Shown: positions 47,133 through 56,642 of the stretch, piece after piece
How positions within the stretch are numbered: position 1 is the first letter of the stretch
Layout of the letters: each line of letters opens with the position of its first letter
NCBI GenBank assembly: GCA_001821555.1
Contig: MHMM01000004.1
Coordinates: 47,525-111,524, forward strand
Direction: 5' to 3'
Source of the DNA: Candidatus Nealsonbacteria bacterium RIFOXYB1_FULL_40_15
GTDB taxonomy: Bacteria; Patescibacteriota; Minisyncoccia; Minisyncoccales; GWA2-38-27
DNA length: 64,000 nucleotides
Made by a program: the position numbers and the translations under genes
The notes under the pieces: model-generated
What the model saw: the letters and a program-made list of their open reading frames with translations, nothing else
Database searches by the model: none
What the model was told of the DNA's origin: nothing

Positions 47133-47736
47133 ATTTTTTAATTTCTTCTAAAACTTCTTCTTTTGATTTTTCTGCATTTATAATTTTAAAGTTTCTGAAC
47201 CTCTGTGCAAGCGAATCGTAAGCTTGGGCTACTTTTATAAGAATCTCTTCCTTTTCAAATAATTCCTTTGGATTTCCCCTATTATCTATTCTCTTAATTG
47301 CAGTTTTTGCTCTTACCTTAAGAAGAAATATTAGGTCAGGGTACAAAAAATCTCTATTCAGCTCCATTAAATATTCCACATTAGCTCCGTCTGCCACGCC
47401 AAAAGCATATGTTGAAAAAAAATACCGGGCAGAAAGAACTGTCTTCCCCGAATTCAGAGCAGGGATTATTTGCTTTTCCAAATGTTCTTTTCTATCTTTA
47501 GCATACAATATTTGAAATTCAATAGGATCAATTTTAATTGCTTCCTTGAGAATTTTTTTTATTTTTCTTCCGGCTTCAGACTCAGTTGTAGGTTCTTTTG
47601 TTGTAAAAACATCCGTCCCGTTTTCTATCAAATAGTTTTTTATACCCTCAACCGCCGTACTGCTTCCGGCTCCATCAATTCCCTCAAAAACAATAAATTT
47701 TCCTGCCATACTACAATATATCATATCCTTCCCCAC
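47125..47736 (-). CDS. tmk: Thymidylate kinase
   Basis: P-loop FIVFEGIDGAGSST. The true start is probably the internal MAGKFIVFEG at 47709. Confidence 0.85.
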   Translation of the reverse strand: MGKDMIYCSMAGKFIVFEGIDGAGSSTAVEGIKNYLIENGTDVFTTKEPTTESEAGRKIKKILKEAIKIDPIEFQILYAKDRKEHLEKQIIPALNSGKTVLSARYFFSTYAFGVADGANVEYLMELNRDFLYPDLIFLLKVRAKTAIKRIDNRGNPKELFEKEEILIKVAQAYDSLAQRFRNFKIINAEKSKEEVLEEIKKYV

Positions 47737-47764
47737 AAAAAAAGCCCGGAAAGTCCGGTCTTTT

Positions 47765-48361
47765 CTACAGCAATTCTGCTAAATAATCTCTCCAAACAAT
47801 AGGAGGCCACCCCTGAATTTCTTGCGCAAGACCTCTTATCTTATCCAAATCAACAAGTTCCCCCTCCATTTTATCTTTTTCCCTTACAATTATATCGGGA
47901 CTGTCTCCTTCAAAGTGATAAATAATCCCAAGGTGGACTTTCTCCACTGGCCTAGAGTCGTCATTCAAAATTCCGACAAATTTTTTGTTGAGTATATTTC
48001 CTTTGAATTTCACTTCTTCAGACCACTCCCTCAGGACAGCGTTTTCTATGAATTCTCCCATTTCGTCTATCTCGTTTATATGCCCTCCCACCCCTAGTTG
48101 ATAGTTATTTACCAATCTTTTTTCTCCTGCTCCTTGAATATACTTATAAAGAAAAAACTTCTTTTGGAAGCTGAACAAAATATATGGAATTATCTGCTGA
48201 AAAGAAGGGTCTTCCTCTACATCCCCCCTTCTCATAAAAGAATAGTTGTTTTTTATAATATTAATGTAGTGTCCGAGGTCGTCTCTTTTCAGCCCCTGCC
48301 AGTATTCTTTCTCAAATATTTTTTCCCTTGGAACTACCAAAACTTTTTCATCTTCTTTCAT
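47765..48361 (-). CDS. Nudix-like hydrolase (putative)
   Basis: Nudix-box-like GGHINEIDEMGEFIENAVLREWSEEV (E-x7-REWSEEV). Located inside the dTTP gene cluster. Confidence 0.4.
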   Translation of the reverse strand: MKEDEKVLVVPREKIFEKEYWQGLKRDDLGHYINIIKNNYSFMRRGDVEEDPSFQQIIPYILFSFQKKFFLYKYIQGAGEKRLVNNYQLGVGGHINEIDEMGEFIENAVLREWSEEVKFKGNILNKKFVGILNDDSRPVEKVHLGIIYHFEGDSPDIIVREKDKMEGELVDLDKIRGLAQEIQGWPPIVWRDYLAELL

Positions 48362-48876
48362 TTTCTTTCTAGGGTAACAAACGTATAGTTATACTTATTT
48401 TTCTCGTCTGATTTATTCTCAATCCTCTCCATTTCATTCCAATCGTCCCAATTAAATTTTGGGAAGAAAACATCGGCTTCTTTTATCTCTGCATCCACCA
48501 GAGTCAAATACATTTTATCTGCCATAGGTAAAAACTGCTTATACACCGAAGCTCCTCCGCAAATCATAACCTCTTTCGCATTTTCAGTTTTTTGAAGAGC
48601 ATCGTCTATGGAAAATGCCGTAATACAGCCCTCCAACTTAAGATTTTTATCTATAGTTAGGATTATATTAATCCTATCAGGCAAAGCCTTGCCTATGGAT
48701 TCAAACGTCCTTTGACCCATTATAACGGGTTTCCTCATTGTAATCTCCTTAAAATGTTTAAAATCGGCGGGCAGATGCCAAGGTAGTGAATTTTTTACAC
48801 CTAAAACATTATTCTTTCCAATGGCAGCAATAATAGAAATCGTTTGCTTGTTTTTTTCTTTTTTATCATTTATCAT
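48358..48876 (-). CDS. folA: Dihydrofolate reductase
   Basis: ISIIAAIGKNNVLGVKNSLPWHLPADFKHFKEITMRKPVIMGQRTFESIG. Confidence 0.9.
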   Translation of the reverse strand: MINDKKEKNKQTISIIAAIGKNNVLGVKNSLPWHLPADFKHFKEITMRKPVIMGQRTFESIGKALPDRINIILTIDKNLKLEGCITAFSIDDALQKTENAKEVMICGGASVYKQFLPMADKMYLTLVDAEIKEADVFFPKFNWDDWNEMERIENKSDEKNKYNYTFVTLERK

Positions 48877-48896
48877 AGAGTATAAATAAAGAATTT

Positions 48897-49442
48897 ATGA
48901 AAAAGAATAGCGAGAAGTCAATTGTTCTTGATTACGCAAAGCTCAAAGAAATTGTAGACGCGCACCGGATTTTAGGCCATAGAGTAGTTTGCACCGTAGG
49001 ATCTTGGGACATGCTCCATATAGGCCACTTGAGATATCTTAACAAGGCAAAAGATCAGGGAGATGTTCTTATAGTCGGCGTAGACAGCGACAGGGGCATT
49101 AAGCTGTATAAAAACGAACTAAGGCCGGTGATTCCGCAGGAAGAAAGAATGGAAATGCTAAGCTACCAAGACTGCGTAGATTACGTTACTTTAGTTGATG
49201 ATATCAACAACGATGGAAAATGGCAATATGACCTTATTAAGACAATAAATCCTGATATATTCATAACCACCGATTACAGCTACACCCAAGAACAAATTGA
49301 GGACATAAGAAAGCATTCAAAAGATGTTGTCGTCTTCCAAAGGCAAGCGGAAAACACCTCCACTACAGATATAATTGAAAGAACTATGAAAAAACACTTG
49401 GATGCCATAATGGGACAGTTAAATGGTAAAAAAAGTCAATGA
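48897..49442 (+). CDS. Cytidylyl/adenylyltransferase-like protein (HxGH nucleotidyltransferase fold; RfaE domain II/TagD-like)
   Basis: VVCTVGSWDMLHIGHLRYL, the HxGH motif. Confidence 0.55.
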   Translation: MKKNSEKSIVLDYAKLKEIVDAHRILGHRVVCTVGSWDMLHIGHLRYLNKAKDQGDVLIVGVDSDRGIKLYKNELRPVIPQEERMEMLSYQDCVDYVTLVDDINNDGKWQYDLIKTINPDIFITTDYSYTQEQIEDIRKHSKDVVVFQRQAENTSTTDIIERTMKKHLDAIMGQLNGKKSQ

Positions 49443-49864
49443 AAAAAGGTTTTGTCAATCTCAAAAATGCACGCAGGGGAGAATATAGCAAAGTAATCGA
49501 AGAAATCCAAAAAACCGGTAAATGCCCGTTTTGCAAAGAAAATTTCAAATACCATAAAAAACCCATCTACAAAAGAAGAGGATCCTGGTTGCTTACAAAT
49601 AACAGCTGGCCGTATAAAAATTCTGAAACTCATCTCATTATTTTAGGAGAAGAGCATAAAGAAAACTTCTCTGAAATAACTTCAAAAGACTTGGAGGCGA
49701 TTAGATTTTTGGCCAACTGGGCAATAAAAAAATTTAAAATCAAGGGCGGGGCCGTTGCCACACGTTTTGGAGATACAAATTATACGGGAGCTTCGGTCAG
49801 CCATATCCACTTCCATATAATTTCCCCTCAGAAAAAAAGGAGCGTAAATTTCCCTATAGGTTAG
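49439..49864 (+). CDS. HIT-family (Hint-like) protein with CxxC zinc motif
   Basis: CPFCKENF...HLIILGEEH...[11 protein letters not shown] (His-triad HxHxHxx), ending VNFPIG. It is a paralogue of the ORF at 50759-51214. It overlaps the upstream gene in ATGA fashion. Confidence 0.65.
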   Translation: MKKGFVNLKNARRGEYSKVIEEIQKTGKCPFCKENFKYHKKPIYKRRGSWLLTNNSWPYKNSETHLIILGEEHKENFSEITSKDLEAIRFLANWAIKKFKIKGGAVATRFGDTNYTGASVSHIHFHIISPQKKRSVNFPIG

Positions 49865-50682
49865 ACAGCTATATCTCCTTTGATTGAAGGATAGGGATCA
49901 TATCCTTCTAATTTGAAGTCCTCTAATTTAAAATTGAAGATATCTTTTATATCGGGGTTGAGAGTCATTTTGGGCAGGACCCTGGGTTCCCTTGTCAGTT
50001 GAAGTTTTACTTGTTCTATATGGTTCAGGTATATATGAGCATCCGACAACGTATGGACAAATTCGTGGGCTTTTAATCCTGTAACCTGTGCCATCATCGT
50101 TAAAAGAAGAGAATAAGAAGCAATGTTAAATGGCACTCCCAAAAAAATATCGCAGCTCCTTTGAAACAAGTGCAAAGATAATTTTCCGTTAGCCACAAAG
50201 AATTTAAAAAAGCAGTGGCATGGAGCTACAAAAACTTTATCCACGTCTTCCGGATCCCATGAGGTTACTACCAGCCGTCTTGAATCCGGAAATTTTTTAA
50301 TTTCATCTACGACATTTTTAATTTGATCTATGGCCCCGCCGTCTCTTTTTTTCCATCTCCTCCATTTTTCTCCGTATATAGGGCCCAGCTCTCCCGGAGG
50401 TAAGCCGTATCTTGCGCAGGATTCAGGGGTGGCCCATTCGTCCCAGATAGTAACCTTGTTATCCTGCAAGAATTTAACATTAGTATCCCCCCTTAAAAAC
50501 CAGAGTAATTCTATAATTATAGATTTAAGGGGCATTTTTTTGGTTGTCATCAACGGAAAACCGTCATCCATCCTAAATCTCATCTGGTAGCCGCAAACAG
50601 CTATGTTGCCCACTCCCTGGGGATCGCCCTTTCTTTCTCCATTTTTTAAAACATGATCTAATAGCTCTAAGTATTGTTTCAT
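49861..50682 (-). CDS. thyA: Thymidylate synthase
   Basis: [20 protein letters not shown]...[26 protein letters not shown], with an active-site Cys. Confidence 0.9.
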   Translation of the reverse strand: MKQYLELLDHVLKNGERKGDPQGVGNIAVCGYQMRFRMDDGFPLMTTKKMPLKSIIIELLWFLRGDTNVKFLQDNKVTIWDEWATPESCARYGLPPGELGPIYGEKWRRWKKRDGGAIDQIKNVVDEIKKFPDSRRLVVTSWDPEDVDKVFVAPCHCFFKFFVANGKLSLHLFQRSCDIFLGVPFNIASYSLLLTMMAQVTGLKAHEFVHTLSDAHIYLNHIEQVKLQLTREPRVLPKMTLNPDIKDIFNFKLEDFKLEGYDPYPSIKGDIAV

Positions 50683-50758
50683 ACATCTTTTATAACAAAA
50701 AAGTGGGGGTAAAAAAAGCCCCCTCTTTCAAAAGGGGGCACTACTCTATCTTGATTTG

Positions 50759-51214
50759 TTATCCGATGGGAAAGTTGACGTGTTTCCCGGGAATAACCCT
50801 CCCTGTTTGTTCGTCGGTAACTGGAGCAATGAGGTGAAAATGAAGGTGTTTGATCGTAACTCCAGAATTCGTCCCAAATCTCACTGCCAATCCTCCGCCA
50901 ATTTTCAGGGTTGGATAGATTTTCATAGCCATAAAAATCAGGCTGTTGACCTCACCCCAATCGTTCTGTCCAACGTCCATAATGTCTTCAATGTGCCGAT
51001 TGGGAATAAGAATAAGGTGAACTTCGGCGTTCTCGTACGGCCACCGACACTCTATCATTGTCCACCAGTGCGTAGTAGCTACAAGTTTGTTGTCCCCCGG
51101 TAAATTGCAGAAAGGACACTTCTGATCCCTTTCCGCCTCCTCTAGGAGTTGTAGATAATTACCACTACTATCATCTTGATTCGCATATGTTGTGTCCACA
51201 ATCCTTCTTTCCAT
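50759..51214 (-). CDS. HIT-family (Hint-like) protein with CxxC zinc motif, paralogue 2
   Basis: KCPFCNLPGD...HLILIPNRH...IKHLHFHLIAP...VNFPIG. Confidence 0.65.
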   Translation of the reverse strand: MERRIVDTTYANQDDSSGNYLQLLEEAERDQKCPFCNLPGDNKLVATTHWWTMIECRWPYENAEVHLILIPNRHIEDIMDVGQNDWGEVNSLIFMAMKIYPTLKIGGGLAVRFGTNSGVTIKHLHFHLIAPVTDEQTGRVIPGKHVNFPIG

Positions 51215-51264
51215 CTTCGGGTCCCTTCCTACATGTTAAAGAACTGGCTCAAATACGCTGAAAG

Positions 51265-52086
51265 TTATACTACCACATGTATGATCTTTAGCCCAGCAGA
51301 TTCCAATACTTTTTTAGCATCAAAGTTTGAACCTCCCTCTGCAAAGTAAACTCGTTTTATACCGGAGCATGCTATTATTTTAGCGCAAACAGGACAAGGA
51401 AAAGTGGTAACATAAATTGAAGAACCTTCTAAAGAAATGCCGCTTTTTGCCGCCTCTGCGACTATCCCCTGCTCTGCGTGTATTGTGCTGGCAATATCGT
51501 GCCTCTCTCCCGGCTTAAAAAAATCTCTCGGCTCTCCTAATTGATAGGGGGTGTGATCAGAAGGAATATCTTTATTATATCTTCTAATCAAGGTTTTCCC
51601 GTCTTTAACCAGAACCGCCCCTATTCTCCTCCACCATTCACTGCTTTTTTTAGATTCTTCTGTCGCTTCCTGCATCATTTTTATATCAAATTCATCTTTT
51701 GAAGCTTCTATATCCTCAAGCGGTTTCTCGCAAAGAATGCTATCTCTGTCCCAACGCAAGAAAACGCTGGCCCATTCAATTTCCATACTTTGCAAGTATT
51801 TTTTGTATAAGTTGCGGGAAATCTCGTCGTTTACTAAAATTACTTTTTTATCTTTAAAATTATTCAAATCAAGAACAGAGATATTCTCGTATCCCAAACT
51901 CAAAAGCAAACTTTTAATTTCATCAATTTTCAAACAGGCAATATCCGGCTCCCATTCGGAAAGACCATTAAGCAAGTTTCTGTTTATTAAAAAAACTTCG
52001 GAAACTTTTTCTTTATAATTTTCTAAAAAATCTAAATATCCCCGATGAATAACGGGGATATAAAGAATAAGAGATTTTTTCTCCAT
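51265..52086 (-). CDS. dCMP deaminase (cytidine/deoxycytidylate deaminase zinc domain) with extra N-terminal domain
   Basis: C-terminal HAEQGIVAEAAKSG...TFPCPVCAKIIACSGIKRVYF (H-x-E...PCxxC), preceded by a 120-aa N-domain of unknown function. Confidence 0.75.
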   Translation of the reverse strand: MEKKSLILYIPVIHRGYLDFLENYKEKVSEVFLINRNLLNGLSEWEPDIACLKIDEIKSLLLSLGYENISVLDLNNFKDKKVILVNDEISRNLYKKYLQSMEIEWASVFLRWDRDSILCEKPLEDIEASKDEFDIKMMQEATEESKKSSEWWRRIGAVLVKDGKTLIRRYNKDIPSDHTPYQLGEPRDFFKPGERHDIASTIHAEQGIVAEAAKSGISLEGSSIYVTTFPCPVCAKIIACSGIKRVYFAEGGSNFDAKKVLESAGLKIIHVVV

Positions 52087-52097
52087 GAAAAATGGGC

Positions 52098-52520
52098 CTA
52101 CTTTACTTCTATTCCCATGTTTTTGGCTGTTCCTTCTATAATTTTCATTGCCTGTCCTATATCATCAGTGTTAAGGTCAGCCATTTTCTTTTCGGCCACT
52201 TCTTTCAACTGGGCCTTTGTGATCACAGCCACTTTCTTTTTATTGGGAACCCCCGAACCCTTTTCTATCCCAAGGGTTTTCTTTATAAGCTCTGAAGCGG
52301 GAGGCTGTTTTAAAGCAAAGCTGTATGTCCTGTCTTCATATATTGTCACCTCCACCGGTATCTTAAATCCCATTTTGTCCTTAGTGGCTTCGTTGAATTT
52401 TTGGCAAAATTCAGATATATTGATGCCCTGGGGAGCCAAAGCAGGCCCTACCGGAGGCGCAGGATTTGCTTGCCCGGCCTTGATTTGAAGTTTAATTTTT
52501 ACTTTTACCTTTTTAGCCAT
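52098..52520 (-). CDS. rplK: 50S ribosomal protein L11
   Basis: [40 protein letters not shown]. Confidence 0.9.
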   Translation of the reverse strand: MAKKVKVKIKLQIKAGQANPAPPVGPALAPQGINISEFCQKFNEATKDKMGFKIPVEVTIYEDRTYSFALKQPPASELIKKTLGIEKGSGVPNKKKVAVITKAQLKEVAEKKMADLNTDDIGQAMKIIEGTAKNMGIEVK

Positions 52521-52647
52521 ATGCGAATGAAATGAGCACCCCGCCCTCTATGCTCATAATTAAATTTATTAAATTTTGATAATATTGCAAACATATTCAA
52601 ACAAACAATTTCATGCGATAAATTAGAAGGCGGGGTTTTCGCTCTGC

Positions 52648-53193
52648 TCAAATCTTTTTTATTTGTAATGAATCCAGTTCTACTGGAGTGTCTCTGCCGA
52701 AAAGATTAACAAGAACTTTTATCTTTCCCCTCTCCTGATCTATTTCTGAAACCTTTCCGTCAAAATCCTTGAAAGGCCCGTCTGTAATTTTTATATTATC
52801 TCCGGGCTTGACCTCTATCTTATATTGCGGCTCTTCAGATCCCATTCTTTTCTGAAGACTATCAATTTCTCCCTTTGAAACCGGCACAGGAGTAGTTCCG
52901 ACTCCGACAAATCCTGTCACATTAGGAGTATTTCTCACAACATACCAGGAGTCATCAGTTACTATCATCTCAACCAGCACGTATCCGGGGTATATTTTTT
53001 CTTCAACTATCTTTCTTTTTCCGGACTTTATTTTAATCTTTTTTTCTTTAGGAACTACAACGCTGAATATCTTATCTTCCATTCCTAAAGAATCAACTCT
53101 CTGTTTTAAGCTTTTTGCGACTGCATCTTCATACCCTGAATAAGTATGAATAACGTACCAGTTCTTTTCCTGCGGAAGCTGCTGTTTTGGCAT
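52648..53193 (-). CDS. nusG: Transcription termination/antitermination factor NusG
   Basis: NGN domain (NWYVIHTYSGYEDAV) and a C-terminal KOW domain (GDNIKITDGPFKDFDGKV). Confidence 0.9.
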   Translation of the reverse strand: MPKQQLPQEKNWYVIHTYSGYEDAVAKSLKQRVDSLGMEDKIFSVVVPKEKKIKIKSGKRKIVEEKIYPGYVLVEMIVTDDSWYVVRNTPNVTGFVGVGTTPVPVSKGEIDSLQKRMGSEEPQYKIEVKPGDNIKITDGPFKDFDGKVSEIDQERGKIKVLVNLFGRDTPVELDSLQIKKI

Positions 53194-53384
53194 TAGATTA
53201 TGAAATAATTAATTAGGAGTTGGAATATATAGTCCAGCCCCCCCAAGAAAGCGGCTATAAAAATAGAAACCAAAACAACAATTAAAGTATATTTAACAGT
53301 CTCCTGCCTGGTGGGCCAATTGACTTTTTTGGTTTCCAGCCTTGCTTCTTTGATGAAGGATGCTGATTTATCTATAATGCTCAT
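53193..53384 (-). CDS. secE: Preprotein translocase subunit SecE
   Basis: 63 aa with a single TM, KVNWPTRQETVKYTLIVVLVSIFIAAFLGGLD. It lies upstream of nusG. Confidence 0.8.
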   Translation of the reverse strand: MSIIDKSASFIKEARLETKKVNWPTRQETVKYTLIVVLVSIFIAAFLGGLDYIFQLLINYFII

Positions 53385-53476
53385 GCTTTTATTTAAAAAG
53401 GCCTTCAGGGCCTGTTGCCTGTAATATTACTCCAAACCCTTGCCCTTGTCAATAATCTTATTTTATCAGAAGATTG

Positions 53477-55393
53477 CTATATATCCAAGTTTTTCACTTT
53501 ATCCGCATATGCCTGAATAAACTTTTTTCTCGGCAGGACTTCCCCTCCCATAAGCATATCAAACACCTTGTCTGCTGATTGCGCATCTTCTATATTAACC
53601 CTTATAAGGGTTCTGTTTTCGGGATTCAGCGTAGTTTCCCAAAGCTCTCCAGGATTCATTTCTCCTAGCCCTTTGTACCTCTGAATCATAGGATTTCCTG
53701 ATTTTTCTGTTTTCCTAACAATATCCTCTCTCCCCCTTTCTGTATAGGCATAATTTATCTGTTTGCCGATCTGTATTTTATACAATGGGGGCTGGGCTAT
53801 GTATAAGTATCCTTTTTCTATTATCGGCTTGAAATACCTATAAAACAAGGTCAACAGAAGCGTTCTTATATGATTTCCGTCAACATCGGCATCAGACATA
53901 ATAACAATCTTATGATATCTCAATCTTTCCAAAGAGAAATCTTCCCCTATCGCAGTTCCTAGGGCGATAACCAAGGCCCTTATTTCCTTTGAGGCCAGCA
54001 TTTTGTCTATTCTTGCTCTTTCTACATTCAATATTTTTCCTCTCAAAGGAAGAATTGCCTGAAATCTTCTATCTCTTCCCTGCCTGCCGGATCCTCCTGC
54101 AGATTCTCCCTCTACGATGTAAAGCTCCGAATCTTCCGGCTTTTTTGAAGAGCAATCTGCCAGTTTTCCCGGCAGAGCCAATCCCTCCAGAACTCCTTTT
54201 CTCAAGACTGTTTCTCTGGCTGCTTTTGCCGCTTTTCTTGCTCTTGCAGAAAGTATTGATTTTTCAATTATTGCTTTTGCGTCTTGCGGATTTCTTTCAA
54301 AGAAATCTGAAAGCCTCTCCGAGACTACCTGGTCTACGGCTGTCTTTGCTTCTACATTCCCCAACTTAGCTTTAGTCTGGCCCTCAAATTGAGGATCCCT
54401 TAATTTTACCGAGACAACAGCTGTGAGCCCTTCCCTTATATCCTCTCCCGAAAGCCCGCCCTCCATTCCTTTGAGCATATCGTTCTTTTTGGCATAATCA
54501 TTCAGGGTTCTCGTCAAAGCGGATCTAAAACCGGTAAGATGCATTCCGCCCTCTCCCGTATTTATATTATTAGCAAAGCTTTCTTCAAGACACTCAAACT
54601 CTTCGGTATACTGAAACGCCGCCTCAACCAATATGCCGTCCTTTTCTCCTTCGCAATAAAATATATTTTCGTGCCTAGAAGCAGAGTTTCCTATAAGGTA
54701 TTTGACATAAGATCCGAGGCCTCCTTCAAAATAAAAACTGTAATCCTCTTCTTTGCCCTTTTCTCTCTCGTCTCTAAAAAAAACCCTTATTCCCTTGCTT
54801 AGATAAGATTGCTGTCTCAAGTGGTTAAGTATTCTTTTTTTGCTGAACTCTATTTCCTTGAATATTTCAGGATCAGGCTCAAATATAATCGTAGTTCCTC
54901 TCTTAGAACATTTCCCCTCATTCTTAACTTTTGTCTTTACCTTTCCCTTTGAATATTCCTGGGCATGGATAAATCCATCCCGGCAAACTTCAGCCCTCAT
55001 CCAGCTTGAAAGGGCGCAAACTACAGAAACTCCCACTCCGTGCAATCCGCCTGATACCTTGTAGGCCTCGCCTCCAAACTTTCCACCGGCATGCAAAGTG
55101 GTCAATACTGTTTCTAGGGCGGACTTGCCCGTTTGGGGATGCTTATCCACCGGAATGCCTCTTCCGTCATCCACTGTTTTAACTCTGTTTTGGGGAAGAA
55201 GCGTTATGTATATGCTTTTTGCATATCCTGCCATATACTCGTCAAAAGAGTTGTCGGTAACCTCCCAAACGAGATGGTGCAATCCATCGGGCCCTGTGGA
55301 TCCTATATACATTCCGGGCCTTTTCCTTACAGGATCAAGGCCCTCCAAAACGTATATGTCTTTTGCTGAATAACTTTGGTTTTCTTTTGCCAT
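53477..55393 (-). CDS. gyrB: DNA gyrase subunit B (type IIA topoisomerase B subunit; gyrB or parE type)
   Basis: GHKL ATPase motifs (LHHLVWEVTDNSFDE, DDGRGIP), a Toprim domain (EGESAGGS) and a C-terminus. Confidence 0.85.
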   Translation of the reverse strand: MAKENQSYSAKDIYVLEGLDPVRKRPGMYIGSTGPDGLHHLVWEVTDNSFDEYMAGYAKSIYITLLPQNRVKTVDDGRGIPVDKHPQTGKSALETVLTTLHAGGKFGGEAYKVSGGLHGVGVSVVCALSSWMRAEVCRDGFIHAQEYSKGKVKTKVKNEGKCSKRGTTIIFEPDPEIFKEIEFSKKRILNHLRQQSYLSKGIRVFFRDEREKGKEEDYSFYFEGGLGSYVKYLIGNSASRHENIFYCEGEKDGILVEAAFQYTEEFECLEESFANNINTGEGGMHLTGFRSALTRTLNDYAKKNDMLKGMEGGLSGEDIREGLTAVVSVKLRDPQFEGQTKAKLGNVEAKTAVDQVVSERLSDFFERNPQDAKAIIEKSILSARARKAAKAARETVLRKGVLEGLALPGKLADCSSKKPEDSELYIVEGESAGGSGRQGRDRRFQAILPLRGKILNVERARIDKMLASKEIRALVIALGTAIGEDFSLERLRYHKIVIMSDADVDGNHIRTLLLTLFYRYFKPIIEKGYLYIAQPPLYKIQIGKQINYAYTERGREDIVRKTEKSGNPMIQRYKGLGEMNPGELWETTLNPENRTLIRVNIEDAQSADKVFDMLMGGEVLPRKKFIQAYADKVKNLDI

Positions 55394-55397
55394 AATT

Positions 55398-56543
55398 TTA
55401 ACGCAGAATTGCGTTTAGTTCCTGTTTTGTTTTTTCACGGATTTTCTCTTGGATTTCGTTCACTTCTTCGTTGGTCAAGGTTTTTTCGGGAGAGCGGTAA
55501 ACGATGCGGAAAGTATAGCTCTTCTTGTTCTCTCCAAACTTATTTTCATCTTCATAACTGTCTATGACCTTAACTTCTTCTATGAGATTTTTTGCAAAAT
55601 CCCTGACAATCTCATAGTAATTATTCAAGTTCATGTCTTTTTCAACGACAAAAGAGACATCCCTGGCTATTTTAGGATATTTGCTCACCTCTTTGAACTT
55701 GCTGTTTACATCTTTGAATTGGCTTGCGATCCTGGGGTCTTCCGACCACAGTATCCTTATATCCGGTATTTCCATTTTAACCATAGCCAGCCGGTCTATG
55801 CCAAAGCCAAAAGCCCATCCGTTGTATATTTCAGGATCCAATCCGAAGTTCTCCAAAACCTTTTTATGCACTAATCCGGCCCCGGTCACTTCCATCCACT
55901 CATCCTTGAACTTAATATCCAATTCCACGGAAGGATCTGTAAATGGAAACGAATCAACCAAAAACTTCCATTCCACATCTTCGCCGAAAATGCTTTTGGC
56001 AATCTCCACCTGTATATCCTCCAAATCCTTCTGGATTATGACTTTCTGGGATTTCTTGCAGATATACAGTCCGTCCACCTGGTGGAAGGCCGGGAAATGG
56101 TTCCTGTCTATTTCATCTTTTCTGAAAACTATGCCGGCCGACAAAGCTCCGATCCAGCCCCTTTCTTCAAGCTTATTCAAAACATCATTGTTCCTTAAAT
56201 AAAAAGGCCACATTACGGTTGTCTGGGTCCTCAAAACGTGCTCATCTGAAAAATAGTAAGTATCTGTTTCTCTCCGGCTGGGATGGTCTTTGGGAGTATT
56301 TAAAACATCGAAATTATCCTGAACCGCCACTATTTTGGGAAAATCAACCAGATCAAAATCTGAAAAATCAGGCAAATCTAAAATTCTATCCACGATAATC
56401 TTAATGGGAGAATTTTCTTTCTTGGTCAAATCGGGCAAATTCAAAAGCCGTTTGATCCTTTCGGCTTTGACGTCTTTTCTTTGATTTAAGCCCCTTGTCA
56501 GCTCCTCTTCTTGGGAATTTTGTATGGAAATAATCTCTCTCAT
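55398..56543 (-). CDS. pheS: Phenylalanyl-tRNA synthetase alpha-type catalytic chain fused to a C-terminal FDX-ACB anticodon-binding domain (monomeric, mitochondrial-like architecture)
   Basis: Class II motifs (HPSRRETDTYY; motif 3 GWAFGFGIDRLAMV), then a C-terminal 95-aa domain (VKVIDSYEDENKFGENKKSYTFRIVYRSPEKTLTNEEVNEIQEKIREK). That domain resembles the FDX-ACB domain of PheT and mitochondrial PheRS. There is no N-terminal coiled-coil and no adjacent pheT. Confidence 0.75.
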   Translation of the reverse strand: MREIISIQNSQEEELTRGLNQRKDVKAERIKRLLNLPDLTKKENSPIKIIVDRILDLPDFSDFDLVDFPKIVAVQDNFDVLNTPKDHPSRRETDTYYFSDEHVLRTQTTVMWPFYLRNNDVLNKLEERGWIGALSAGIVFRKDEIDRNHFPAFHQVDGLYICKKSQKVIIQKDLEDIQVEIAKSIFGEDVEWKFLVDSFPFTDPSVELDIKFKDEWMEVTGAGLVHKKVLENFGLDPEIYNGWAFGFGIDRLAMVKMEIPDIRILWSEDPRIASQFKDVNSKFKEVSKYPKIARDVSFVVEKDMNLNNYYEIVRDFAKNLIEEVKVIDSYEDENKFGENKKSYTFRIVYRSPEKTLTNEEVNEIQEKIREKTKQELNAILR

Positions 56544-56642
56544 GCCTATGCCTCATTTTACCCCAAAACAAAACCGAATTCAACTATTATTGTTAATAAA
56601 AAGGGGCGGTAAAATCAATCACCGCCCCTAAGACCTTCGGGT

